From the NCBI GenBank assembly GCA_038231275.1, contig JBBRLQ010000010.1, positions 160,001-224,000 on the forward strand: a DNA stretch of 64,000 bases, in the 5' to 3' direction. This DNA comes from Polyangiales bacterium. GTDB taxonomy: Bacteria; Myxococcota_A; Polyangia; Polyangiales; Polyangiaceae. Positions 49,980 to 62,601 of this stretch are shown piece after piece. The translations under genes were made by a program, and so were the position numbers. The notes beneath the pieces were generated by a model that worked only from the letters and a program-made list of their open reading frames with translations, did no database searches and was not told the DNA's origin. Numbering within the stretch: the first letter of the stretch is position 1; each line of letters begins with the position of its first letter.

Positions 49980-49999
49980 TTGCGCCACAGATGGCGCAA
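49980..49999. promoter_or_regulatory. Perfect 8-4-8 palindrome, candidate enhancer (bEBP) site
   Basis: TTGCGCCA-CAGA-TGGCGCAA, 62-81 bp upstream of the 49904-49918 box. Confidence 0.5.
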
Positions 50000-50053
50000 T
50001 GTTCCACGCAAGGCGTGGTGGAGGCAGACGCTTCTTTTTCGAACGGCAGGCTG

Positions 50054-52300
50054 CTAGGCGCGGGGCCCGATCGTGTTGCGGCGGATCAGCTCGTCGAAGA
50101 TCTCGGTCGCCGGTCGCGCCTGGCGCATGGGGCGCGCTTCGCCGAGGAAGGGCCACACCGCGTCGCGGACTTCGTCGGGCAGGACGTTCTCGAGGTACTC
50201 GAGCGCGGTGCCTCGGAGGCTCTCGTCCTCCTGGTGCAGCGCCTTGAACGCGAGTCGGAGCGGCTCGCGGTCGAGGTGGAGCGACAAGATCGTGAAGACG
50301 TGCTCGAGGCTGCGATGAACGCGATCACGGAGGAGGCGATCGATCAACGCCGGGCGGTCGTCGTCGTCCTCGTCGAAATCGGACTGCGTCTCCCAGACCT
50401 CGCTGCTCATCGCGACCTCGCGCTTCACGGCCACGAGGACGGCGTCCAACGGCACCTTCACGTCGGGCGCCGACTCCGTCACGCGCAGCAGAGCGCGGCC
50501 GCACTCGTAGCGGACCTCGAAGCGATGGTCCTCGAGGCCGCGGAGGAGCCCGTCGGCGGCGCGCTGCGTGGCGCAACGCGACAGCACGCGGGGGAGGCGG
50601 CGACGAACGACGAACTCAGTCTTCGCCGAGAGCAGCACGTCGAGGAGCTGGCCGGTGACGTCGGCGACGACCGCAATGAGCGAGCGCATCGCCTCCGTGT
50701 AGTGCTCGTTCTGCGAGAGCAGCGGGACGACGTGCGGCACGAGCGCGGCGTCCAGCGGTTGATTCTTGGCGATCGCGGCCCGGACGCGCTCCGGCGCACC
50801 CGACCGGAGGTCGCGGATCGCGTCCACCATCGCGCCGATCTCCGCCGACGGCTCTCGCTCCGCAGGCGGCGGCTGAGCCGCGACGACCGCGAGCCGCTGC
50901 GAGTGGAGCCCCGCGCCGTCCTCGAGCGTCTCGATCACCTTCTCCGGATCGATCGCGTCGGCCGCCGCCGTCGCCTTGCTCGTCATCAGCTTGCGTGTCG
51001 CGTGATCGACGATGTCGTCGGGATCCAGCTTGATCGAGCCGAGCTTGAGGCTCTCTTCGAGCGCCCCGACGTAGCCTCGGTGCAGGGGTCGCGAGCGCGC
51101 CAGGGTCAAGAACGACGCCGCGATGCCGATCACGAGGAGCACCAGCGACGCCTTCTGCGGAACGAACCGGAGCGCGAGGAAGACGATGGCGCTGCCCACG
51201 ACGGTTCCGGCGCGATCGAAGGCGACGTCGATGATCGTCTTCGTCGCGCGCTTCTTCTCCTCGGGCAGCGGCGTATAGAGGAGCTCGTACGCGGAGCGGA
51301 AGAGTGAGTTTCGCTGCACGGCCTCGGCGCCGCGCAGGAGCGACGAGCTCAGGAGCCCCGGCACCGCGAGGCCGACGGCTCCGCCGAGGACGACGACGCC
51401 GGGCAGGAGCGCGACGGTCACCGCGAGGCCGAGCTTCTCCAGCGCGAGCTTGCCGAGGAGGGCCTGCAGCAGGAACGAGAGCACGCTCACCGCGAGCCAA
51501 AAAAAGCCAAAAAATGCGAGCAGCGCCGGTCCGCGGCCCACATGCGCCGTCGCCTGCGCGCTGAACACGAAGTCGAGGAGGGACGAGGTCACCGCGCCGA
51601 GCGCCACGAGGAGCGAGAGCGTGCGCAAGTACGGCGCGTCACGGAAGACCTGAAAGGGCGACGGGTTGGTCGGCTCTGTCGCGACCCCGACGGCCGCATC
51701 CGCCTCCTTCTTCTCCGCGCGAGGCGTTTGGGGCGCGCTCAGCATGAGCGTGCCCGCGAGGCAGATCGTGCTGGTCCCCGCGAGCACGAGCAGCATCGTC
51801 GGCACCGCGACGAACTGCGCCCCTCGCCACGCCACGAGGCTCCCCAGGACGCCGCCGAGCGTCCCGCCGCTCGCGACGCGACTCACCGCACGCCGCGCCG
51901 TGTGCGGGTCGAAGCGCTCGTTCATGAGCGACCAGAAGCTCGAGATGAGCGCGGGCCCGAAGACCGCTGTATGCAAATAGACGGTGACGGCCGCGACGCC
52001 GGGCGACGCGAACCCCACGAGCCACTCACCGACGAGCGCGATCGCGTTCACGCCGAAAAGGATCGGAACCACACGCGCGGGCGCGTAGCGCGTGATGATC
52101 CGCGAGAGCCACAACACGGTGATGAGCGACAAGACCGCCGCCGCCGCCATCATGCTCGGCAGCCAGCGCACGTCGAACTGGGTCAGGAACAGAGCGTCGC
52201 GCACGGCCTTACCGGCCACTTGCTGCGCGATCATCGCTCCTGACGCGGCGGTCGCGGCGTAGACGCCCGGCGCTTCACCGCGAAGGGGACTCGCCGCCAT
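50054..52300 (-). CDS. NTT/TLC-like MFS translocase fused to HEAT-repeat domain
   Basis: KAVRDALFL; FWSLMNERFDP; SLFRSAYELLYTPL..EKKRATK.IID..FDRAG; HEAT-like tail (LRGTALEYLENVLP). Confidence 0.8.
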   Translation of the reverse strand: MAASPLRGEAPGVYAATAASGAMIAQQVAGKAVRDALFLTQFDVRWLPSMMAAAAVLSLITVLWLSRIITRYAPARVVPILFGVNAIALVGEWLVGFASPGVAAVTVYLHTAVFGPALISSFWSLMNERFDPHTARRAVSRVASGGTLGGVLGSLVAWRGAQFVAVPTMLLVLAGTSTICLAGTLMLSAPQTPRAEKKEADAAVGVATEPTNPSPFQVFRDAPYLRTLSLLVALGAVTSSLLDFVFSAQATAHVGRGPALLAFFGFFWLAVSVLSFLLQALLGKLALEKLGLAVTVALLPGVVVLGGAVGLAVPGLLSSSLLRGAEAVQRNSLFRSAYELLYTPLPEEKKRATKTIIDVAFDRAGTVVGSAIVFLALRFVPQKASLVLLVIGIAASFLTLARSRPLHRGYVGALEESLKLGSIKLDPDDIVDHATRKLMTSKATAAADAIDPEKVIETLEDGAGLHSQRLAVVAAQPPPAEREPSAEIGAMVDAIRDLRSGAPERVRAAIAKNQPLDAALVPHVVPLLSQNEHYTEAMRSLIAVVADVTGQLLDVLLSAKTEFVVRRRLPRVLSRCATQRAADGLLRGLEDHRFEVRYECGRALLRVTESAPDVKVPLDAVLVAVKREVAMSSEVWETQSDFDEDDDDRPALIDRLLRDRVHRSLEHVFTILSLHLDREPLRLAFKALHQEDESLRGTALEYLENVLPDEVRDAVWPFLGEARPMRQARPATEIFDELIRRNTIGPRA

Positions 52301-52396
52301 GATTCAGGACTTCGAGCTCAAGGGATCTCGTCGAAGGAGACCCCCGCCACTCGCCGAACGCAAGGCGCGTAACGCCTTGGTCCGGCGCACGTCGCT

Positions 52397-52474
52397 TCAG
52401 CAGTGGTTCAAGAGAAACCAGCCGGCGATGAGAATGGGGGGAACGCCAACGAGCCATGCAAGACCGTATTTCAT
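52397..52474 (-). CDS. 25-aa single-TM small protein (not in the ORF track)
   Basis: MKYGLAWLVGVPPILIAGWFLLNHC*; SD AGGAGA; upstream sigma-54 box. Confidence 0.7.
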   Translation of the reverse strand: MKYGLAWLVGVPPILIAGWFLLNHC

Positions 52475-52544
52475 GGGATTTCTCCTGTCTTTTTTTCGGT
52501 TGAGTGACGAAGCACGCGCTCCATCGAACGCGTCGAGGGTGATT

Positions 52545-52559
52545 GCAAGCGGCGCGCCT
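52545..52559 (-). promoter_or_regulatory. Putative sigma-54 promoter
   Basis: Minus strand AGGCGCGCCGCTTGC. Confidence 0.55.
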
Positions 52560-52752
52560 TCCTATGTTTCTTGCCGAGGTCCGTGGCGCGCCTTCGGCCG
52601 CCACTAGAGGCGGGACGGTCACACGCGAGAGCGCGAAACGCGACCGCGCGACGAGAGAGCGGAGCTGCACGTCGCGCGCGATTGTGGCGACCATCCGTGC
52701 GCGACCGTGGCGTCTGCGTACCTCGGCAACCTGTTCTGCACGTGTAGGGCGT

Positions 52753-52767
52753 TGGCTCGCATGTTGC
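52753..52767 (+). promoter_or_regulatory. Putative sigma-54 promoter
   Basis: TGGCTCGCATGTTGC. Confidence 0.65.
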
Positions 52768-52804
52768 TCGACGTCGCTCGTCGCAACGCGCGAGGAGAAA
52801 CCCC

Positions 52805-53227
52805 ATGAACAGCAGAACCATTCTCATCGTCGTCACGAGCGCGGCCGCACTCGTCGCGTGCGGCGAGGGCCCCGCGCCGCGCGCGCGTAGCGCGACCACA
52901 CAGACGACCTCCGCGTCGTCGGACGACGTCGGCTCGATGAGCCCCACCCCGGCCACGGGCGCCGTGTCGGGCCCTGCCGACGTCATGCGACCAGACCCGG
53001 GACGCACGACGTTCGAGCGACGCATCACCGCGGACATCCAGCGTCGGCTCCTCACGGACGACGCGCTGTCGGCGACCGCGAAGAACGTGGAGATCGTCAC
53101 GGTGGGTCGGAAGGTCTACCTGCGCGGCGAAGTGAGGACGGAAGAAGAAAAAGCGAGGATCGAAGGCCACGTGCGCAGCGCCATGGGCGTCACCGAGGTC
53201 GACGATCGACTCGAAGTCGTGAAGTGA
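52805..53227 (+). CDS. BON-domain lipoprotein
   Basis: Lipobox LVAC; RITADIQRRLLTDDALSATAKNVEIVT...VYLRGEV...GVTEVDDRL; SD GAGGAG. Confidence 0.88.
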   Translation: MNSRTILIVVTSAAALVACGEGPAPRARSATTQTTSASSDDVGSMSPTPATGAVSGPADVMRPDPGRTTFERRITADIQRRLLTDDALSATAKNVEIVTVGRKVYLRGEVRTEEEKARIEGHVRSAMGVTEVDDRLEVVK

Positions 53228-53259
53228 ACGAACAGAAAAAAAGGAAAAGAGGAGAGATC

Positions 53260-53805
53260 ATGAAAAAGGCAGTGATGTGCATCGTGCAGAACCAGAGCCA
53301 GGCCGAGACGGTCGTGACGAAGCTCCACAGCGCGGGCTTCTCGAACAACGACATCTCCGTGCTCTTCCCCAACAAGCGCGGGACCATGGACTTCGCGCAC
53401 GAACACAACACCAAGGCGCCCGAGGGCGCGGTGGCGGGCGCGGGGACCGGCGGCGTCCTCGGTGGCGGTCTCGGATTGCTCGCGGGCCTCGGCGCGCTGG
53501 CGATCCCGGGCGTCGGCCCGCTGATCGCGGCGGGTCCGCTCCTTGCGGCGCTCAGCGGCGCGGCAGCGGGCGCTGCGGTCGGCGGCATCGCCGGCGCGCT
53601 CGTCGGCATGGGCATCCCGGAGATCGAGGCCAAGCGCTACGAGGGCAAGGTGCACGGCGGCAACCTCCTCATCTCGGTGCACACCGAGTCGGCGGACCAG
53701 CGCAAGGTCGCGGAGGACATCTTCAAGTCCGTTAGCGCGGAGGACATCTGCTCGACGACCGAGGCGAGCGTTCCGAAGGCGGCGGCGTCGCACCCGCGGA
53801 TGTAG
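53260..53805 (+). CDS. General stress protein (YflT/DUF3341-like with glycine zipper)
   Basis: AGFSNNDISVL; TKAPEGAVAGAGTGG; IPGVGPLIAAGP; GMGIPEIEAKRYE; SD AGGAGA. Confidence 0.82.
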   Translation: MKKAVMCIVQNQSQAETVVTKLHSAGFSNNDISVLFPNKRGTMDFAHEHNTKAPEGAVAGAGTGGVLGGGLGLLAGLGALAIPGVGPLIAAGPLLAALSGAAAGAAVGGIAGALVGMGIPEIEAKRYEGKVHGGNLLISVHTESADQRKVAEDIFKSVSAEDICSTTEASVPKAAASHPRM

Positions 53806-53827
53806 AAAGAAATCGATCTGTAACGAA

Positions 53828-53870
53828 AGAGGCCTCGCGACGGTTCAAAACTGGACCGCGCGAGGCCTCT
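53828..53870. terminator. Long hairpin after the stress gene
   Basis: AGAGGCCTCGCG...CGCGAGGCCTCT 12-bp stem plus inner pairing; no U-tail. Confidence 0.55.
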
Positions 53871-53970
53871 GCATTGGCGGTGAGCTCACCGCCTGAGTCG
53901 AGTGTGCGAGCGAGGCGCATCTGCGCCAATCCAACCGCGCCGACCGCGCGGACGAAAGAGAAGGAATCCC

Positions 53971-54210
53971 ATGAGCAAGAAGAACGGCACCGCCAAGAAC
54001 GAAAAGTCGCCGACCGTCGAAGGCGAAGGCAGCTACACCGCCACGCACCACTACAACGATGGGCTCGCGAAATCGATCCGCGAGGGACGCTCCGAGGAGC
54101 TCGCAGACGCCGCAAAAAAGGCGCTGGAGGGCCCGGAGGGGCCTTCGCTTCGCGAAGCCGAGAAGGTCGGCAAGAGCGGCCACCCCAAGCAAGGAAAGCA
54201 GAGCCGCTGA
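53971..54210 (+). CDS. Small hydrophilic protein
   Basis: VEGEGSYTATHHYN...AKKALEGPEG..LREAE.VGK; SD AAGGA. Confidence 0.75.
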   Translation: MSKKNGTAKNEKSPTVEGEGSYTATHHYNDGLAKSIREGRSEELADAAKKALEGPEGPSLREAEKVGKSGHPKQGKQSR

Positions 54211-54223
54211 AACGACTGCGAGC

Positions 54224-54238
54224 CGGCATGCGCGATGC
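54224..54238 (+). promoter_or_regulatory. Putative sigma-54 promoter
   Basis: CGGCATGCGCGATGC. Confidence 0.5.
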
Positions 54239-54258
54239 ACATGTGTCGAGCAACGACC

Positions 54259-55323
54259 ATGAGCCCCTTTCTTCCCGAACCTGACCTCGGTGTAGCGCCC
54301 CTCGTCGCAGGGAAATACCGCCTCGTGCGCCGGCTCGGCGTTGGCGGAATGGGCGCAGTCTGGGCCGCACGCAACGACGCGACCGGCGCCGAGGTCGCGC
54401 TCAAGGTCCTGCTCGCCTCCGACGCCAGCGAAGATCTGGTCGAGCGTCTGCGACGTGAAGCGTATGCAACGGCTCGCCTCTCGCATCGCAGCATCGTCCG
54501 CGTCTACGATCTGATCGACTTCGGCGAGGCCGGCGATCAAGTCGCGATCGTCATGGAGCTCCTCCACGGTCGCACGCTCGCCGATCACCTGAAGGATCGG
54601 GGAAAGCTCCCGCTCGAAGAGGTCGTCGCGATCGCGCTCCCGATCCTCGGCGCCGTCGAGCACGCGCACAGGCACGGCGTCGTACATCGAGACCTGAAGC
54701 CGGAGAACGTCTTCCTCGCGGTCGATCCCGACGGGATCGTCACGCCGAAGATCCTCGACTTCGGCATCAGCAAGCTCCGCGTAGCTCCGCGGAGGCCGGC
54801 GATCACGCAGGACGGCGAGCTCCTCGGTACGCCGAGCTACATGTCCCCCGAGCAGGTGCGCGGCACCGATCTGGACGGCCGCAGCGATCTCTTCAACGTC
54901 GGGATCCTCCTCTACGAGATGCTCACGGGGCACAACCCGTTCTTGGGGCACGGGCTCCACGGGATCTTGCTCTCGATCCTCGAGGAGGAGCCGAAGCGCG
55001 TCGCCGGGGTGCCGACGGCTGTGTGGCGTGTCATCGAGCGCGCGCTCCAGAAGGACCCTGAGCGTCGCTTCGCGTCGGCCGACGAGCTCGCGACCGCCCT
55101 CCGCCGTGCGATCGCCGCGCCGAAGCGGTCCTCTCGAGCTCCTTCCGCGGCACCTCCTCGGAGGTGGCCGATCGTCGCGAGCGCGGTCGGCATGTTCGTG
55201 GTCGCCGCGACGGTCGCGGCCGCGTTCGCCGCTAGCACCGTTGGAGTCGCGTCGCGAACGGCCGCCTCGTCGCCGGCGAGCCCGGTGCAGGCGCAGCTCA
55301 TCGTGCGTCATCCGGGATTTTGA
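54259..55323 (+). CDS. Hanks-type Ser/Thr protein kinase with C-terminal TM
   Basis: GVGGMGAVW; VALK; HRDLKPEN; DFG; GTPSYMSPEQ; ends RHPGF. Confidence 0.92.
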   Translation: MSPFLPEPDLGVAPLVAGKYRLVRRLGVGGMGAVWAARNDATGAEVALKVLLASDASEDLVERLRREAYATARLSHRSIVRVYDLIDFGEAGDQVAIVMELLHGRTLADHLKDRGKLPLEEVVAIALPILGAVEHAHRHGVVHRDLKPENVFLAVDPDGIVTPKILDFGISKLRVAPRRPAITQDGELLGTPSYMSPEQVRGTDLDGRSDLFNVGILLYEMLTGHNPFLGHGLHGILLSILEEEPKRVAGVPTAVWRVIERALQKDPERRFASADELATALRRAIAAPKRSSRAPSAAPPRRWPIVASAVGMFVVAATVAAAFAASTVGVASRTAASSPASPVQAQLIVRHPGF

Positions 55324-55339
55324 GAAAGGAGAAGCGGTC

Positions 55340-56248
55340 ATGATCGGCAAACGACTCACCCTCTTCGCCGCGGTCGGCCTTCTCGGCGCCTGCCGTTTCG
55401 CTGGGCCCGAGGAGCTCGTCGGCAAGGTCGACACCCACGCGGACGCGGGCGGGGGCGGGGGCGGGGGCGGGGGCGCGACAGGAGCGCCCGAAGAGCTGCC
55501 GTCGGCGACCCGTCTCCACACATCGACGTGCAGCACGCCCCCGCCGGGTGATGCGTCGGTCATGGTCGACGTCCCCGAGGGCGAGTTCGGCATGGGCTGC
55601 AACTCAGAAGTCGATACCGAGTGCAAGGACGACGAGAAGCCCGCGCACGCCGTGTCCATCAAGGCGTTCAAGCTCGAGGCGACCGAGGTCACCCAGGGGC
55701 AATACTACGCGTGCGTGATGGCCGGAGCCTGCCTCGCCCCGACGTGCGACTGGGATCCGTGCGGCGCGCGGGCCACGCACCCGGTCGTGTGCGTGAACCG
55801 CGTAGACGCCATTGCATACTGCAAGTATGCGGGCAAGCGGCTGCCCACCGAGGCCGAATGGGAGAAGGCCGCGCGCGGTCCGAAGGAGTCGAAGTTTCCG
55901 TGGGGCGACGACCCCGCCGACTGCTCGCACGCCAACCTCGCGGGATGCGTGGGCGGAACCGAGCCCGTCGGCAGCCACCCCATCGGCGCCAGTATGTACG
56001 GCGCGCTCGACATGGCCGGCAACGTCGTCGAGTGGGTGAGCGACGTCTACGATCCCAACTACTACAGCGTCGCTCCCCTCGCCGATCCGACGGGCCCGGC
56101 GCCCACCCCCAAGCTGGAGTCGTTCGTCGGACGCGGCGGCGGCTGGAACAGCACGGCGGTCTGGCATCGCGCCAGCGCCCGTGACGACTACGAGGGCACG
56201 TACTTCAAGAAGACGTTCGGGCTCCGTTGCGCGGTCTCCGCTCCGTAG
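55340..56248 (+). CDS. FGE-sulfatase (SUMF1/EgtB/PvdO) domain lipoprotein
   Basis: Lipobox LGAC; TEVT..QY; RLPTEAEWEKAARG; DMAGNVVEW; RGGGW; GLRCA. Confidence 0.9.
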   Translation: MIGKRLTLFAAVGLLGACRFAGPEELVGKVDTHADAGGGGGGGGGATGAPEELPSATRLHTSTCSTPPPGDASVMVDVPEGEFGMGCNSEVDTECKDDEKPAHAVSIKAFKLEATEVTQGQYYACVMAGACLAPTCDWDPCGARATHPVVCVNRVDAIAYCKYAGKRLPTEAEWEKAARGPKESKFPWGDDPADCSHANLAGCVGGTEPVGSHPIGASMYGALDMAGNVVEWVSDVYDPNYYSVAPLADPTGPAPTPKLESFVGRGGGWNSTAVWHRASARDDYEGTYFKKTFGLRCAVSAP

Positions 56249-56277
56249 CTCTCTCCTCTCGAAGGGACTCGAAAAAT

Positions 56278-56616
56278 ATGAATCACTCGTTCGCTGATCG
56301 TGTCGTTTGCATCACCAACCCCACCGGCCTCGGACTTCTGCTCGCGAGTCAGCTCGCAGGGGCTGGTGCACGCATCGTCATCTCGACCCCCGACGTCGAC
56401 GAGCTCGCGAGGGCTCACGAAGAGCTGACGCGCCGCGGGGTGGACGTGCTCGCGTACCCGTGCGACGCCACGAAGGAGAGCGGCATGCGCGAGCTCGTCG
56501 GCGTCGCGCTTCGCTGGTTCGGGCGGGTCGACGCGGTGGTCGATGTCTCGCTGCGAGGTCTAGCCAGCCGGCCGCTCGTAGACGGCGTACGGTTCGACGC
56601 GAAAAAATCGGAGTGA
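56278..56616 (+). pseudogene. Truncated SDR oxidoreductase (N-terminal Rossmann half only)
   Basis: FADRVVCIT..TGLGLLLA; AYPCDAT; FGRVDAVV; stops at 112 aa with no YxxxK. Confidence 0.6.
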
Positions 56617-56630
56617 GCGCGGTCGCGAGC

Positions 56631-57074
56631 TCATTCGGCGGCTCTTTCTCCCGGGTGCCGCCCGGCGAGCTCCGCGACGACGGCGATGAGCTCGCGCGGC
56701 TCGACCGGCTTCACCAGGTGTCGTTGGTAGCCCGCGTCCCGAGCGGCCCGCACGTCCCGAGCGGCGGCGTACGCCGTGAGCGCGATTGCCGGCGTCGCTC
56801 CGCCCTCGTCCTCGGGTAGCGCGCGAATCTCGCGGACCAGGGCGTAGCCGTCCACGACCGGGAGGCCGATGTCGCTCACGAGCACCGTCGGCCGCCCATC
56901 GCGGAACATCGCGAGGGCCTCCATCGCGGATGCCGCGACCTCCACCGTCGCGCCGGCAGGTCGAAGCACCTCCGCGAGGAGTTCGCGCGCGTCGTCGTCG
57001 TCGTCGCACACGAGGACGCGTAGGCCCTCGAGGGGACGCGTGGTCGCGTCCGCGCTCGAGGGCTCATCGGGCAT
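56631..57074 (-). CDS. Single-domain response regulator
   Basis: LEGLRVLVCDDDDDARELL; VLVSDIGLPVVDGY; AIALTAY; HLVKPVE. Confidence 0.88.
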   Translation of the reverse strand: MPDEPSSADATTRPLEGLRVLVCDDDDDARELLAEVLRPAGATVEVAASAMEALAMFRDGRPTVLVSDIGLPVVDGYALVREIRALPEDEGGATPAIALTAYAAARDVRAARDAGYQRHLVKPVEPRELIAVVAELAGRHPGERAAE

Positions 57075-57534
57075 CGGAGGCTCCGACTGGGTCGTGTCGA
57101 TGCCTACCGCGCGGATCGGCCTCGACCTCGCCTTCGAGCGTGCCCGCGCGCTGCTGGAGCCGTTCGATCTGGCGTGAGCGGTCATCGTCGCGCTCGAGTG
57201 CCGAATACGCCCCCGCCGGGAGCACTCGGGAGTGCGCGTCGCAGATCCCCGCGAAATGGGCCCCGTCGGAGGGGTGCGGGAAGCTGCCGCGCTCGTAGGC
57301 GCACATGAGCGAGAGCGAGCGGGCACCGACGAGCTCGTTCCACATCTCCTCGAGCCGCAGCGCCGCATCGGGGCGCCCGCGCTTGCAGAGCACGTCGACC
57401 ATCTCGCCGAACGCGCCCGCCGTCGGTGCTGCGCGACCGTCGTCCGCGTCGCCGGCGAAGGCCGCGCTCTCGTACAGCTGCACGACGTGCGCGCCGGCGC
57501 GCGTGTGGCAATTGGAGACGCTCTGTGGCGTCAT
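57064..57534 (-). CDS. MEDS-domain protein, internally shortened
   Basis: HVVQLYE...AFGEMVDVL...AALRLEEMWNEL...LMCAY...ICDAHSRVLP. Confidence 0.7.
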   Translation of the reverse strand: MTPQSVSNCHTRAGAHVVQLYESAAFAGDADDGRAAPTAGAFGEMVDVLCKRGRPDAALRLEEMWNELVGARSLSLMCAYERGSFPHPSDGAHFAGICDAHSRVLPAGAYSALERDDDRSRQIERLQQRAGTLEGEVEADPRGRHRHDPVGASDAR

Positions 57535-57601
57535 TGTGGCGCCCGAATGGTCGGGAAGGACAGCAGACTCGCTCGATTGGGCCACGACGGGATCTCCACC
57601 T

Positions 57602-57616
57602 GCACGTCCGGCGCCA
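57602..57616 (-). promoter_or_regulatory. Putative sigma-54 promoter
   Basis: Minus strand TGGCGCCGGACGTGC. Confidence 0.5.
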
Positions 57617-57783
57617 GCTGACGAGAGCTTCGCGCTCCGTTGGCGTACTGGTGCGGACGTAGACGCCACGCGACCGCAACGTTGCCACGCGCCACGGCCG
57701 GGTGTGGCGTCCTTGACCAGGGCGACTGCTTTTCGACCGCACGAAGTCGCGGTGAACCGTGGCGGGAACGGCGTTCAGCTGGT

Positions 57784-57798
57784 CGGCACGCGGGCTGC
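57784..57798 (+). promoter_or_regulatory. Putative sigma-54 promoter
   Basis: CGGCACGCGGGCTGC. Confidence 0.6.
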
Positions 57799-57881
57799 TA
57801 TTGCCGAGGCCGAGGACCCACCACAACCCGGCCGCACCCAACGTTGCAGTTGCGACGCTGCGCGGCCGTCGCCAGGAGCCG

Positions 57882-61949
<4,068 letters not shown>

Positions 61950-62601
61950 GCGCGCTCACCCAGGCCGCCGCCGCGAGGAAGCCGCCAAGCACGTCCGACG
62001 GATAGTGCGCGCCGAAATAGACCCGCGAGAGTCCGACGCCGAGGACCAGGGTGCTGCCCAAGACCGTGACTCCCCAACGCACCGGTCGCGGCAGCTGGAG
62101 CACGTGCGCGACGACGATGAGGCAGCCGACTACGCCGGTGGTCCCCATCGTATGGCCGCTGGGGAACGACATCGACGTCGGGGTCGGGAGCAGGTACTCG
62201 AGGTCTACGCCGGGCCGCGCGCGATGGAAGGCGGCCTTCAAGAGGACGTTCAACGCGAGCGATCCGCTCGCGCCGATGAACAGGAAACGCGCCTCGCGCC
62301 TGCGACCCACGAGCGCGAGCGCCGCCAGCGACGCCGTGGCGACGAGGCCCATCGACAGGAGGTCTCCTGCTTGCGTGAAGCCGAGCATTGCCCCGTCGAC
62401 GGACCCGCGCCACGCGCCGATGGCGTGCTCGACACCTAGATCGAGCGCGTCCACCTCGCCCTCGGTCATCTCTCGCGCGAGTCGCGCGAAGCAGATGGCC
62501 GAGCCGATCGACAGCGGGATGCTCCAGTGGTGCCGACGCCATAGCCGAACCAGCAGGAGCGCCGCTCGCGACGTCGCGAGGCTCATCTTTGGCGCTCTCC
62601 C

